This document shows positions 18,502 to 27,761 of a stretch of DNA of 64,000 nucleotides, piece after piece (position 1 is the stretch's first letter; the number at the start of each line of letters is the position of its first letter). Source of the stretch: a virus; IMG/VR virus record IMGVR_UViG_3300050120_000255, positions 14,491 through 78,490 of that record; one strand, given 5' to 3'. A model generated the notes under the pieces. That model saw only the letters and a list, made by a program, of their open reading frames with translations, searched no databases and was not told where the DNA came from. The translations under genes were made by a program, and so were the position numbers.

Positions 18502-18801
18502 CTATGTCGCCGTCTTAATTCCCGCGAGCGACGCCTCGAGGTCTTTGATCCATTTCTGCTGGCGCAACTGATCCGATGGGAGGTTGTTGCGAGGAGCTTT
18601 CTTCAGCCTGGGGACCCGCTTGAGGTGGACCGCCGCGAGGATCTCGTTTGCTGGGGGGTTGTCGCCCCAATATTCAAGGAGAAGCTGCAGGTCGAAAACG
18701 GTCATGTCATCGACCTGCTCGTATGAGCGGCCTGCGGCTATCAGGCGACCATAGGTAAGGCGCCAGAAGGCTTCCCTATCTAGGCCGCCTTCTCTTCCCC
18801 C
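18502..18801 (-). CDS. tail assembly chaperone, frameshift (G-T) extension
   Basis: The -1 frame from GGGGGAA (18795-18801) is open: ...FWRLTYGRLIAAGRSYEQVDDMTVFDLQLLLEYWGDNPP. Confidence 0.7.
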   Translation of the reverse strand, partial: GGREGGLDREAFWRLTYGRLIAAGRSYEQVDDMTVFDLQLLLEYWGDNPPANEILAAVHLKRVPRLKKAPRNNLPSDQLRQQKWIKDLEASLAGIKTAT

Positions 18802-19082
18802 GGCTCGCCCGCCTCAAGGAAGCCGGACAGACGCAGAATGGCGCCTTGAGCGAGCATGACCTCCATCGACGTCCCTTCGAGATCGTCGATATTTGAGGCC
18901 TCCTCTTGATAGTCGCGGCGGAGGGCGACCGCGACTATGTCCATGGCCACGGGGATGTTTCCGCGTGCTGCGCGCGCCGGGTCCAAAAGGATTTCCTCGA
19001 CCTTCCGGACTTGACCAAGGGTGAGGGGCCGGATCGTGAAATCCAGGTCCCCCAGCGTAACGGTGATCGGATCAGGCCGCAT
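18780..19082 (-). CDS. tail assembly chaperone (G-like)
   Basis: TAATG-coupled to the tail tube gene; lies between tail tube and tape measure; ends PGEEKAA. Confidence 0.75.
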   Translation of the reverse strand: MRPDPITVTLGDLDFTIRPLTLGQVRKVEEILLDPARAARGNIPVAMDIVAVALRRDYQEEASNIDDLEGTSMEVMLAQGAILRLSGFLEAGEPGEEKAA

Positions 19083-19849
19083 TAGGACACCTGCGGGTAG
19101 ATGAACTCGCCGATGTTGCCAGCGGCGTTCACGAAGGAGCTGAACTCGAAGGCGGGCATCATGAAGTCTTCGAGTTTGGCGGCCATGGACACCTTGCTGC
19201 CCGTACATTGGAAGAGGCGAACAAGGAACGGCGCGTTATTCCGAACCGTGTAATAGTCGAGCTGGAAAACGGGCGTGTTGCCAAGGAGCTTGTTGGCGAT
19301 CGTCAGCGTTTGACCAGTCGTCACGGTCGAACGGTAGGAAATGAGAATCGCGACCCCTTCATCAGCCAGGGAGAACGCATATGAACCCGTGGTCGGGTCC
19401 ACCGTATATTGACCAACTGTTGGCGCCGTCGCCACTTTCTGGAAGGGCAGTCCGGAGCCGGCGTAAATAACGCCGAGATCCCCACCAGCGACGGACTTGT
19501 CAAAGGTCGCGCCGTTCATCACTACTATCGTGAACGGAGTGATCGCGGGAATCGAATGGGGCTCTAGATCGTTCATCTGGTAGCCGCCAGGGACGAAGGT
19601 GTTTCCGAAGAACACCGAATTCCACGCGATGCCGGAGATGACCGCGGCAGTCATTTTACCTGTCACCTTTGCAACGCCGCGCGCGACGTCGATAGGGTAT
19701 TGGTTCTGACCGGTCAGCTCTTTGATGGTGCCGGAAAAGTCGACTTCGAAATCCTGGGAGAACCCAATATTTACGGGAGTTCCATTGGCAACATCTGTCC
19801 GGGTCACAATGACCTTTCCAGGACCGAAGGCGCTAAACGGGGTGGTCAT
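19082..19849 (-). CDS. major tail tube protein
   Basis: Position and size; IKELTGQNQYPIDVARG, KLEDFMMP. Confidence 0.8.
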   Translation of the reverse strand: MTTPFSAFGPGKVIVTRTDVANGTPVNIGFSQDFEVDFSGTIKELTGQNQYPIDVARGVAKVTGKMTAAVISGIAWNSVFFGNTFVPGGYQMNDLEPHSIPAITPFTIVVMNGATFDKSVAGGDLGVIYAGSGLPFQKVATAPTVGQYTVDPTTGSYAFSLADEGVAILISYRSTVTTGQTLTIANKLLGNTPVFQLDYYTVRNNAPFLVRLFQCTGSKVSMAAKLEDFMMPAFEFSSFVNAAGNIGEFIYPQVS

Positions 19850-19870
19850 TAAATTAGTCTCCTCAAATGT

Positions 19871-20299
19871 TTAAAGTGTAATTTTGATTGGAACGATGAG
19901 CAGGCCATCGCCGTCTATGTCGCCTGGGTCTTTGAACGGGTCTCCTGCGATGCGCGCCCAGAACGCCGCGCCTCCGAGTGTGTTTCGGCCTTCTCTTCCT
20001 TGGCCTTTGGCCATCGCCGCATCGAGCGCATCCATGATCACGTTGAGAGCGGAGGACCCGACGACGCTGGGATCTTTCGCGTCGATGTAGACAAACAGGC
20101 GGACCTCGATCTCGACCCGAGGCTCGACTCCCTGCTGCCAGACGTATCCCTCCTTGCCGCCTTCAAAGAGGAAGCAAGCAGGTCGCATTTCGACGGGAAC
20201 GGAATCCCACAACCTCAATCGCCGCGACGGCGGCGTCGCCCACGGATAGGCGCCGGCAACAAGATCCTCGAGCGCGATCACTGCAGCTTCGCGGCTCAT
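19871..20299 (-). CDS. tail terminator / completion protein
   Basis: Position and size; NTLGG...DPGDIDG. Confidence 0.65.
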   Translation of the reverse strand: MSREAAVIALEDLVAGAYPWATPPSRRLRLWDSVPVEMRPACFLFEGGKEGYVWQQGVEPRVEIEVRLFVYIDAKDPSVVGSSALNVIMDALDAAMAKGQGREGRNTLGGAAFWARIAGDPFKDPGDIDGDGLLIVPIKITL

Positions 20300-20778
20300 C
20301 GACCTACCGCCGCGTGGACAGCGGCATCCAAATCAGCGATGAATATTTCGCGGATGTCTTCGAGCGAAGAGCGCATATATGAGCGCTCTGGCATCTGTGA
20401 TCCGGGATGATGCACGACGCGCCTAAAGACCTGCTTGCCCTCGAATACAAACGCTAGCACTTTGGCCTTCGTCGCGATGATGTCGTGGGGTGGAGTTATG
20501 CCGCCGTATTCGTGAATGGCGCCGTAAGCCGCGCCGCTGGCCGACTGAGTGACCGATCCCGTCACTGACGTCCCGCCGTCGTCGACTTTGGACGAGATGG
20601 AGGCGCGGAGCTTTCCCGTCACGGCCTGAAGAACGCCGCCGGAGAGCTTGTCGCGGACGATGTCAGCAAGCTGAGAGGTATCTTTGGAGACGACACCGAC
20701 GACAGCCGCGTGGACAGCCTCGGACATCCGCCCCAAGCGCGCCACGATCGCGGTATCATCAACGTCGAATTTGATCAA
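20296..20778 (-). CDS. tail completion / virion morphogenesis protein
   Basis: TGKLRASI, YGAIHEYGG, HPGSQMPERSYMR. Confidence 0.75.
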   Translation of the reverse strand: MIKFDVDDTAIVARLGRMSEAVHAAVVGVVSKDTSQLADIVRDKLSGGVLQAVTGKLRASISSKVDDGGTSVTGSVTQSASGAAYGAIHEYGGITPPHDIIATKAKVLAFVFEGKQVFRRVVHHPGSQMPERSYMRSSLEDIREIFIADLDAAVHAAVGR

Positions 20779-20841
20779 AGCCCTTACGCCCTCAAAGAAT
20801 AGACAACGACAATCTATCAGTTCATCTAATAGATTGCAATA

Positions 20842-21678
20842 TCAGTCTGGCGTGAAGAATGAGCGGAATGGATCGATTGCGGATTTGACGTGCATCGAGA
20901 GGGCGTTCGCAGCAAAGGTTGTGGTTTCCTGCCCGGCCAGCGCCTTTGAGTTGATGCCGATGCGCTGCCTATATGCATAGCGATCGCCGACTGCAGAAGT
21001 GCAAGCCTCGGCGAGCGCAGACGGCACGTATCCGTAGGAAATCTGAGCCTCCGAATAGACGTCTTCCGGGCTGAAAGTGTAGACGCCTCCGGCCACCGAA
21101 TATTGGCCATGCGCGGGGTTCGCGGCCACTGGGGTTAACGGCAGCCCGCTCAAAGAATAGACGACGCCGGCATCGCTCGCCCAGGCGCCGAGCGGCTCAG
21201 AAAGGGTGATGGCGAATGGCGAGGCCGGAACAGTCCAGGATTCCGTTTGCTGATAGCCTGCGGTGTATTGAATGAACGTGCCTTGCGGATCGTGGCCGCG
21301 AGTCAGATTGCGGAAATAGACCGTCGTCTGGCGGCCAGGTGGGAACGGATCGACCTGCTCCATCGTCCATCCGGTCTGCCGCGTGGCGCCGGCGACGAGT
21401 GGCGGCGCGGGCGGAATCAGAACTCCGTCAATGGAGATCGATTCGATCTCGATAACCGGCCATCTGCGCAGCATGATTTCTCGCCGCGGCCAGAATCCGT
21501 CCCTGACCTCCGAGTAAGACACCGGAAGAAGAGACCCTCGCCCAAGATGGGTGAGGATCTGCTGACTGGTGCTCGTGATCAGCGAACTCAGAATCGCATC
21601 ACTGGTCATCCCCGTGCCGACACTTCCAATCCACGCCTTTACGGCGGCGAGTGACGTGAGATCGCTGAGGCTCGCCAC
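20842..21678 (-). CDS. head-tail adaptor protein
   Basis: LTSLAAVKAW, YTAGY, YGYVPSAL; position after the capsid gene. Confidence 0.75.
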   Translation of the reverse strand: MASLSDLTSLAAVKAWIGSVGTGMTSDAILSSLITSTSQQILTHLGRGSLLPVSYSEVRDGFWPRREIMLRRWPVIEIESISIDGVLIPPAPPLVAGATRQTGWTMEQVDPFPPGRQTTVYFRNLTRGHDPQGTFIQYTAGYQQTESWTVPASPFAITLSEPLGAWASDAGVVYSLSGLPLTPVAANPAHGQYSVAGGVYTFSPEDVYSEAQISYGYVPSALAEACTSAVGDRYAYRQRIGINSKALAGQETTTFAANALSMHVKSAIDPFRSFFTPD

Positions 21679-21681
21679 GAA

Positions 21682-22254
21682 TTACGCGCCTTCGCCGAAG
21701 GGGAAAGGCGGCTCCACATGGGTCGCAACCGCTTCGACAACGGCCTCATCTTCGACGAAGACCTCGGCCAACTTTTTCTCGAACACGCTCAGGGCGATTT
21801 CGCGCAACTCGACGTCTTTCGACGCGGCGGTCAGCTTGAACCCTTTGCCTTTAAGGAACCGGAAGAGATCCGGGCGCCGCATCGTGGCTATATCCTCAAC
21901 CTTCACCTCGTCCACAACGAGATGGCTGCCAGGGGCGTCCTCTTCGCCGGGCAGAGTGCCGTTCGACGGGGTCGCGGCGGCGAGGCGCGCGCGCAGCTCG
22001 TCGGCGGACAGTCCCTTGATAACCTCGAGGGTCCGCTTCATGACTTCGGTAACAAGCTGGCTGTGCGACATGGCTTCAACCTCCGGCTCCTCCGAGCCAT
22101 CGGCCCAGTCGCGGAAGCCATGAGACTTCAGGTCGTCCACTTCGGAGGGGAGGACCCAAACACTTCCATCGGCCGGATCAGCATCAATCGCTCGTCCGTT
22201 GTAGCTCATCGAGCCGAAACCATCTGGGGCTTTTAGTTTGACAAATCCGCGCAT
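21682..22254 (-). CDS. hypothetical protein downstream of capsid
   Basis: 190 aa with AAGGA RBS, acidic. Confidence 0.65.
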   Translation of the reverse strand: MRGFVKLKAPDGFGSMSYNGRAIDADPADGSVWVLPSEVDDLKSHGFRDWADGSEEPEVEAMSHSQLVTEVMKRTLEVIKGLSADELRARLAAATPSNGTLPGEEDAPGSHLVVDEVKVEDIATMRRPDLFRFLKGKGFKLTAASKDVELREIALSVFEKKLAEVFVEDEAVVEAVATHVEPPFPFGEGA

Positions 22255-22290
22255 ATTTCAATCGGTCCTTGTTGCTGGTGCTGAGGGGAC

Positions 22291-22312
22291 CTGGGGGCCC
22301 GAAGGCCCCCAG
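22291..22312 (-). terminator. stable hairpin just after the capsid stop
   Basis: CTGGGGGCC-TTCG-GGCCCCCAG; no clear U tract. Confidence 0.5.
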
Positions 22313-22317
22313 ACGAA

Positions 22318-23838
22318 TTATCCGTTGGTGATATTCGAGATGACGGCCATGCTCGGCGGGAAGAAGTGTTGGAGCACTTCGTCGGCATAGACGCCGTATT
22401 CGTATTTGCGCGAGCGGAGCGGCCATTCGATCTGGAAATAATCTTGACGAGTCCGGATCTGCATCACGTTGCCGACGCCGGAAAGCGGGTACGGGATCGA
22501 CACCGAAGTGAAGAGGACCGTGCCGGCTGGCATATTCGGATGGACTTTGATGTCCACGACCGAACCACCCTGCATCGAGAACCGGTTCAGGTAGGTGCGG
22601 ACCATGATGCCGCCGCCGATATTGGCCTGCTCCGTGTTGAAGACGAAGCGCTGCGCCGAAGACTGGCCACCTTGAAGGATCTTCTTCGAGATGTTCAAAG
22701 CTTCCTGCGAGCTGACCCACATCGTATCCGGGCCGAGCTTAAAGCCATCCCACATCGCCTTCAGAACGATGTCGATTTCGACGATGCCGCCGGAACCGTC
22801 AGCGGTCAGCGGAGTGCCGATGCCGGCGGCGCCCGTTGGCATCTGGTAGATGGTCGCGCCCGATCCGGGAGCGAAAGCTTGGGTCAGAAGACCGTCGAAC
22901 GACAGTGAATTGGTGCTGGCGTCGGCGGAGAACTGAGCTTCGGAGGCGAGGACGCCCGTGGTGCCGGTGGACGTTCCCGCCGCAGTCGTGATCAACACGC
23001 TGTTGATGGTTGTAATCGCTCCGAGGCGCTCGTTGCCGACGGTGCCCCAGAACCAGGCATAGCCGATCGCGTTTGCTTTGGCGTTGGTCGTCGCGAGGAC
23101 GCTGTTTGTCGCGCCAGCGCCGGTCGAGACCGAGGCCGCGGTGGACTTGGCGCTTGATCCGCCACCGAACGCGTCGGAGGACCCATCAACGTTGGTCCGG
23201 CTAACCCGGCCTTGAATACCCGCCGCGAGCGAACCGTTGAGGAAGCCATCCAAGGTCAGGGCGACAACGATGACGCTAACGACCTGAGTCGCAGCGATCG
23301 CGCCGCCGGTGAGGGCGGTGGAAACGACCGGAGTCGAAGGGGCGCCAAGAGCCTGCGAGCCGTTGCCGCCGAGGATCATAGCTTCCTCGCCGAGCATCAG
23401 AGATTCGAGACCCGTCTTGGCGCCGATCGCCCGGATGTCATCAAACCCTTGGCCAGCATACTCAGCTTCGAAGTCGACGCTGGTTTCGATGCCGATTCCC
23501 TTATAGGAAGCGGTGTAGTCCTGGGTGCTGACAACCTGCGCAGCGTTACGGTTGCCGCCGGACACGCCGATGCGAATGCCGTTGACGTTGACATTGGTCA
23601 CTGCGCGCCAAGCGGCCTGGATGCCACCCTTGCCGGACACACGGGGGGTCGTGTTGCGCAGCGGGGTCAGAACGGGGTAGAGGAACTTCGCGCCGAGTTC
23701 GAGGTCATAGTAGGTCAGACCCGAAGTAGCGGAGGCGGATTGAACGAAAGACGAGGCTTTGCCGAGTTTCAGATCGGGGGAGGCCTGTGCAGCTTTGATA
23801 GATTTCAGAGCTTCTTGAATATCGGCGCCATCAATCAT
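22318..23838 (-). CDS. major capsid protein
   Basis: YDLE..AK.LYPVLTPLRN..PRV, EWP...RKYEYGVY; strong AAGGAG RBS; follows protease/scaffold. Confidence 0.85.
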   Translation of the reverse strand: MIDGADIQEALKSIKAAQASPDLKLGKASSFVQSASATSGLTYYDLELGAKFLYPVLTPLRNTTPRVSGKGGIQAAWRAVTNVNVNGIRIGVSGGNRNAAQVVSTQDYTASYKGIGIETSVDFEAEYAGQGFDDIRAIGAKTGLESLMLGEEAMILGGNGSQALGAPSTPVVSTALTGGAIAATQVVSVIVVALTLDGFLNGSLAAGIQGRVSRTNVDGSSDAFGGGSSAKSTAASVSTGAGATNSVLATTNAKANAIGYAWFWGTVGNERLGAITTINSVLITTAAGTSTGTTGVLASEAQFSADASTNSLSFDGLLTQAFAPGSGATIYQMPTGAAGIGTPLTADGSGGIVEIDIVLKAMWDGFKLGPDTMWVSSQEALNISKKILQGGQSSAQRFVFNTEQANIGGGIMVRTYLNRFSMQGGSVVDIKVHPNMPAGTVLFTSVSIPYPLSGVGNVMQIRTRQDYFQIEWPLRSRKYEYGVYADEVLQHFFPPSMAVISNITNG

Positions 23839-23876
23839 GATGGATTCTCCTTGAAATGGGATGAGAGGGTTGTTGG

Positions 23877-24023
23877 CCTAGATGCCGTCGCCTGCCCGTC
23901 CCCGGAGCGTCGTCTAGATTGCCTTCCTATTCGATGTGGTGATAGAAGCCAGCCCGTCCCCGGAGGCATTCCGCGAGTTATCAAATTTAGCGAGCTTTAT
24001 ATCCGTCCCCGGATCAGCTCGCT
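23877..24023 (-). ncRNA. structured capsid-gene leader with three CCG-GGGA-CGG hairpins
   Basis: CCGTCCCCGG at 23896, 23954 and 24003 (+ strand), each on top of a different outer stem. Confidence 0.6.
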
Positions 24024-24029
24024 CCGGTA

Positions 24030-25814
24030 TTAGCGATCTTGCCCTTTGATGAAGGGTTTCGGATCGTTGTAAGACTGCTTGAACGCCGCCAGGGCCAAAG
24101 CTTGTGGATTTTCCGCGAGGACCTTCAGCATACGGGTCAAATCGGCGTTCTGGTCGGGCTCGGCCTCGCCGCCTTTATTGACGGCGCCGGCGCGGGCCTG
24201 AATTGGTAGAGGGAGTGGCTGCTCCTCGATATTTTTCACACTCTTGAGTAGATCGAGCATTTGCTCGGACATGGTCTCGAATTTCTTACCGAGAGCCTCA
24301 TTGAGAGCATGGACCTTGCGAAGCTCATCCGAGTCGGTTGCGACCTTGGCAAGCGCCACATCGGCTTCCACCTTGGCCACCTTTTCGAGTTCTACCTTCG
24401 CGGCCTCAGCTTTGAGAACAGCGCGCTTGGCGATCAGCGCGTCAACGAACGGCTGAGGCAGATATTTGCGGACCGCTTCGAATTCGCCTTCCGGCAGCGC
24501 GACGGCGCAAGCCATCCAATCGACAACGAGCATGTCATCAACGTTCTGACCTTGGGTCAGTTCGGCGGTCTCTTCCTGAACCATCAGCACGAGGGTCGCG
24601 CAGAGGTCTTCGAGGTTCGAATGGAGCATTGCCGGGAGCGGCGAGTTGTCGTTTTCCTCCTTGGCCTCCATGTGAACGGCCATCTTCACGTCGAAGATTT
24701 CTTCGATGAGACAGGAAAGCCGCGAGATGGTGCGCATCCCCTTCTCGAGACCGAGCTGAGCGACAAGTGTCTTCTCGCCTTTGGCCGCGGTGAAAGACTT
24801 GAGCAAACCGGTTTCGACGGCCACGACAGCGGCTTCTTCGACAACAGCGGCCGGCGCGGCGCGCTTAGAGACTTCGGCCGCCAACTCCGCGAGAACCGCG
24901 TCGGACGCCGCCGTCTTGGCCGCAACCACCGCCGCTGCATCGAACGCCTCGTTGTGGGCGATCATCTCGGCTTTCTTTTTGAAGAGCGAGCCGTCACGGC
25001 TCGACTTCCAAACCTGTTCGCCGTGCTCGTTTTCGACCGGCGTAGCCGTCTTGACGACTTCGACGGCAGCTTCGATCTCCGCGGCCTTCTCGACCTTGTC
25101 CTCGACGACCACTTCGGCCACCGTCTCGACTTTGGCGACGCCTTCGACGACCAGAGCGGCCTTCTCGATCACCGTGCCGCCGTCGCCCGTTTCGGCCATC
25201 AATTGGTCACGCGCGGCTTCAACGAAGTCGCCCCACCCCTTGGCTCCTGCAGCTTTAGCAAGCTCCTGGGCGCGATCGGCAACTTGGTGACTCGTCGGCA
25301 TTGGGACCTCTTTGGAATGAAATTTGCGCAGCTCGGCGACGCCGTCCGCTTTGATCATGGAAAAAGTTGCATCAGGAAGGCACGGGAGATCCACAAGCGA
25401 AACCTCGCACGGATCGGCGGTGTAGCGCTGCAATCCGGTGTCTTTATCGAGCCAACGCTTCACATATGCGCCGCCTTGACTGAAACCGGTGTAGACGCCC
25501 TCGACCACCTTGTTCCATTCGGCGTCATCAACGACCTTGGCGCAGATCTCGATCTGCTTGGCATCGTCGTTGAACTCGATCATCGTCACTTTGCCGGCAG
25601 CGACATTGCCATGCATCGCCCGGACGTTGCCAAGCGACTTCCCGTCGGTCGACTTGGAAATATCGGACGACCACTTCTCATAGAAGGGCTTCGTCGTGGC
25701 GTAATCGCAGATCTCCCCCGACCGATCCTCCGTTTCCCCGGTCGCGATGCCGTAAACGAGCCTTTTGGCTACGTCGACCTTCGTGATCGGAATGAAAAGT
25801 TTGAGGTCGGCCAT
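24030..25814 (-). CDS. prohead protease-scaffold fusion
   Basis: N-terminal VRAMH...YTGFSQGG...EVSLVD protease motifs; long Ala/Glu-rich helical remainder. Confidence 0.8.
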   Translation of the reverse strand: MADLKLFIPITKVDVAKRLVYGIATGETEDRSGEICDYATTKPFYEKWSSDISKSTDGKSLGNVRAMHGNVAAGKVTMIEFNDDAKQIEICAKVVDDAEWNKVVEGVYTGFSQGGAYVKRWLDKDTGLQRYTADPCEVSLVDLPCLPDATFSMIKADGVAELRKFHSKEVPMPTSHQVADRAQELAKAAGAKGWGDFVEAARDQLMAETGDGGTVIEKAALVVEGVAKVETVAEVVVEDKVEKAAEIEAAVEVVKTATPVENEHGEQVWKSSRDGSLFKKKAEMIAHNEAFDAAAVVAAKTAASDAVLAELAAEVSKRAAPAAVVEEAAVVAVETGLLKSFTAAKGEKTLVAQLGLEKGMRTISRLSCLIEEIFDVKMAVHMEAKEENDNSPLPAMLHSNLEDLCATLVLMVQEETAELTQGQNVDDMLVVDWMACAVALPEGEFEAVRKYLPQPFVDALIAKRAVLKAEAAKVELEKVAKVEADVALAKVATDSDELRKVHALNEALGKKFETMSEQMLDLLKSVKNIEEQPLPLPIQARAGAVNKGGEAEPDQNADLTRMLKVLAENPQALALAAFKQSYNDPKPFIKGQDR

Positions 25815-25817
25815 AAA

Positions 25818-27368
25818 CTACTCTTCCTCTTCGGGCTCATAGCCCTTTCGCGCCGTCATCGACGGCCCGGTCTGAACTTTCGGCGTTGTCGCCGCCGGGG
25901 ACCCCTGTGTTCCCTTCGGAACTCCTATCCCAGGAGCCCCCGGAGGTTTTGGGGGAGAAATCTTCGCCCGAGCCTTCAATCCTTCGATTGTGTTGGCATC
26001 CACGGGAATCATTCCAAGGGCGGTATAAATCATCGGAACGTCGAAGGCGGGGTTATCGATCCTATCTATCCCCACTTCTATTCGTGCTTCGTTTAGACTC
26101 TTTATACCTAATTTCACCTGTCCGTCAAGTATGGTCGCCTTGGCGGACTCGTCGACGCTATCTTCGCGGCCAAAAATGAACTCGACGTCGGGTGCCTCAA
26201 GCTCTGTGTCTATTACATCATCGATTAGTTCCTTGACCCAGGCCATGATCGGCACGAGGCCTTCTTCCTCGGCCGACGCCTTTTGCGTGTCGCCGGACGC
26301 CCGGTTCGTCTGCTTGATGAGGCTGTTCGGTGAAACCGAGAAGGCAAAGCAAACGACGCGCGACAGCCAGTCGTCGAATTCCGCCTTCAGATCCGGTTCT
26401 TTGGTCTGATGGAAGTTGGCGCCGGTCCCGCCCGGCATGAATTTGACCTTCCGGCGTGCGCCCTCGGAGCCGCCGAAGTAGACGTCCCAATATTTCTGAT
26501 AGGCCTTGATTTGGTCAGGCGACCAGGTATCCGGGACGTTGGCGATCGCGTCTGGAATATTTCCTTCCGTGAAATAAGCTGTCGTGAAAGCTTGCCGGCG
26601 CAGCGCCAAGTTGACCGTGGCGATGATCTGCTCGGTCGGGGAATACCCGTAAAACGAATTGGAGCGAACGTTGCGCGGCTTATAGATCAAGTCGCGCACG
26701 GAATAGTCAACCGCTGGGTAGCCCTTGAGGATTTGCTGATAGGCGACTGGATAGATCGTTTTCCCACCCTGCTTATACGGCAGCGGCGTGCGTCCGAAGC
26801 TGTCAATTACCGGATTCAGCGTGGCTCCATCGATCGGATACAACGCTGTCAGCTTTCCGCCGCGATTCCGTTGCTTATAGACCGCTGGCGCGTCGATGAC
26901 GAATAGATCCTCGAGCAGCATCCCGAGCCACTCGGAAAACGTGTGAAAACCGTCCGGCTTCTTAAAGAATTGCGTGACCCGCTGAGTTTGCTCGGAAACA
27001 TCTTTCTTGGTGTGCCGGTTTTTCGGCTGCAGGCTCCAATGGAGGCGCTTGGCCTGATCTTTGCGCGTCTCGATGACGAGGCGCAGCAGATCCCAGTTCT
27101 CCGCCATGGCCCGCAGAGTGTGAAAATCGACGGGCTTATAGACACGGGAAACCGTGTTTAGGTTATATCCGGAAGGATAATCGGTCTGGCGGCTGGCGAC
27201 CCCCGGGGGCGCGATCGGGAAGATCGGCTGAAGTGGTCCGAACCAATCCGCGCCCTCAACAGGCTTTGGAGCCGGGGCGTTCGGATTCCCATACGAAATT
27301 TCAACCTGATAAGCGCTCTGGTTGACGTATGCTCCTGCGCGGCCGCCGCGGGTAGGGGCGTCTGCCAT
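25818..27368 (-). CDS. portal protein
   Basis: EDLFVIDA, YQQILKG, YGYSPTEQ, YFTEGNIP; position. Confidence 0.9.
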   Translation of the reverse strand: MADAPTRGGRAGAYVNQSAYQVEISYGNPNAPAPKPVEGADWFGPLQPIFPIAPPGVASRQTDYPSGYNLNTVSRVYKPVDFHTLRAMAENWDLLRLVIETRKDQAKRLHWSLQPKNRHTKKDVSEQTQRVTQFFKKPDGFHTFSEWLGMLLEDLFVIDAPAVYKQRNRGGKLTALYPIDGATLNPVIDSFGRTPLPYKQGGKTIYPVAYQQILKGYPAVDYSVRDLIYKPRNVRSNSFYGYSPTEQIIATVNLALRRQAFTTAYFTEGNIPDAIANVPDTWSPDQIKAYQKYWDVYFGGSEGARRKVKFMPGGTGANFHQTKEPDLKAEFDDWLSRVVCFAFSVSPNSLIKQTNRASGDTQKASAEEEGLVPIMAWVKELIDDVIDTELEAPDVEFIFGREDSVDESAKATILDGQVKLGIKSLNEARIEVGIDRIDNPAFDVPMIYTALGMIPVDANTIEGLKARAKISPPKPPGAPGIGVPKGTQGSPAATTPKVQTGPSMTARKGYEPEEEE

Positions 27369-27396
27369 TAGATGGCCTCGGTGCTAAATGCCACGC

Positions 27397-27693
27397 TTAG
27401 ACTTTTCCACCGGTGACGCTGTGCGTCCAACCACTTCCGGTCCAGGTCACAACCGCGCCGACGGTCGTGTCGAGGTATCGTTCCCCAACTTTGGGCGCCG
27501 TTGGACGAAGGGCGGTCGTCCCGACTTGGGCATTCGGTCCGGCGGTGTTGATCCAGCCATTAGCGATCAGGACCTTGGCGTCGAATTCTGGCACGTCAAC
27601 GGTAGATCCCACGTTGCACGAATAGGTGCGCCCGTTGACCGCCATCGGCTCGTGAGTGTTATTGTCAGGGGGTGTCAAACGCCAATTGGCCAT
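27397..27693 (-). CDS. small virion-associated protein
   Basis: N-terminus paralogous to 3049-3963; C-terminal GTTALRP...GERYLDTT..VVTW fibre-type motif. Confidence 0.65.
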   Translation of the reverse strand: MANWRLTPPDNNTHEPMAVNGRTYSCNVGSTVDVPEFDAKVLIANGWINTAGPNAQVGTTALRPTAPKVGERYLDTTVGAVVTWTGSGWTHSVTGGKV

Positions 27694-27761
27694 GGATTCT
27701 CCTATCTATCCGCAATGCTTACAGCAATTTCGGCGCAGAGTCTAGGTCGCCGCTCTGCCCG

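Noticed and set aside
24261-26096. 611-aa plus-strand ORF (also 14882-15964, 17256-18209, 23212-24033 and similar long opposite-strand ORFs)
   Set aside because: Antisense shadows of well-supported minus-strand structural genes in GC-rich DNA, with no recognisable motifs.
26078-26228. Near-matches to the palindrome inside the portal gene (and at 63422)
   Set aside because: The right half-site deviates (TTTAG/ATTAG), so they were not counted, although they may be weak sites.
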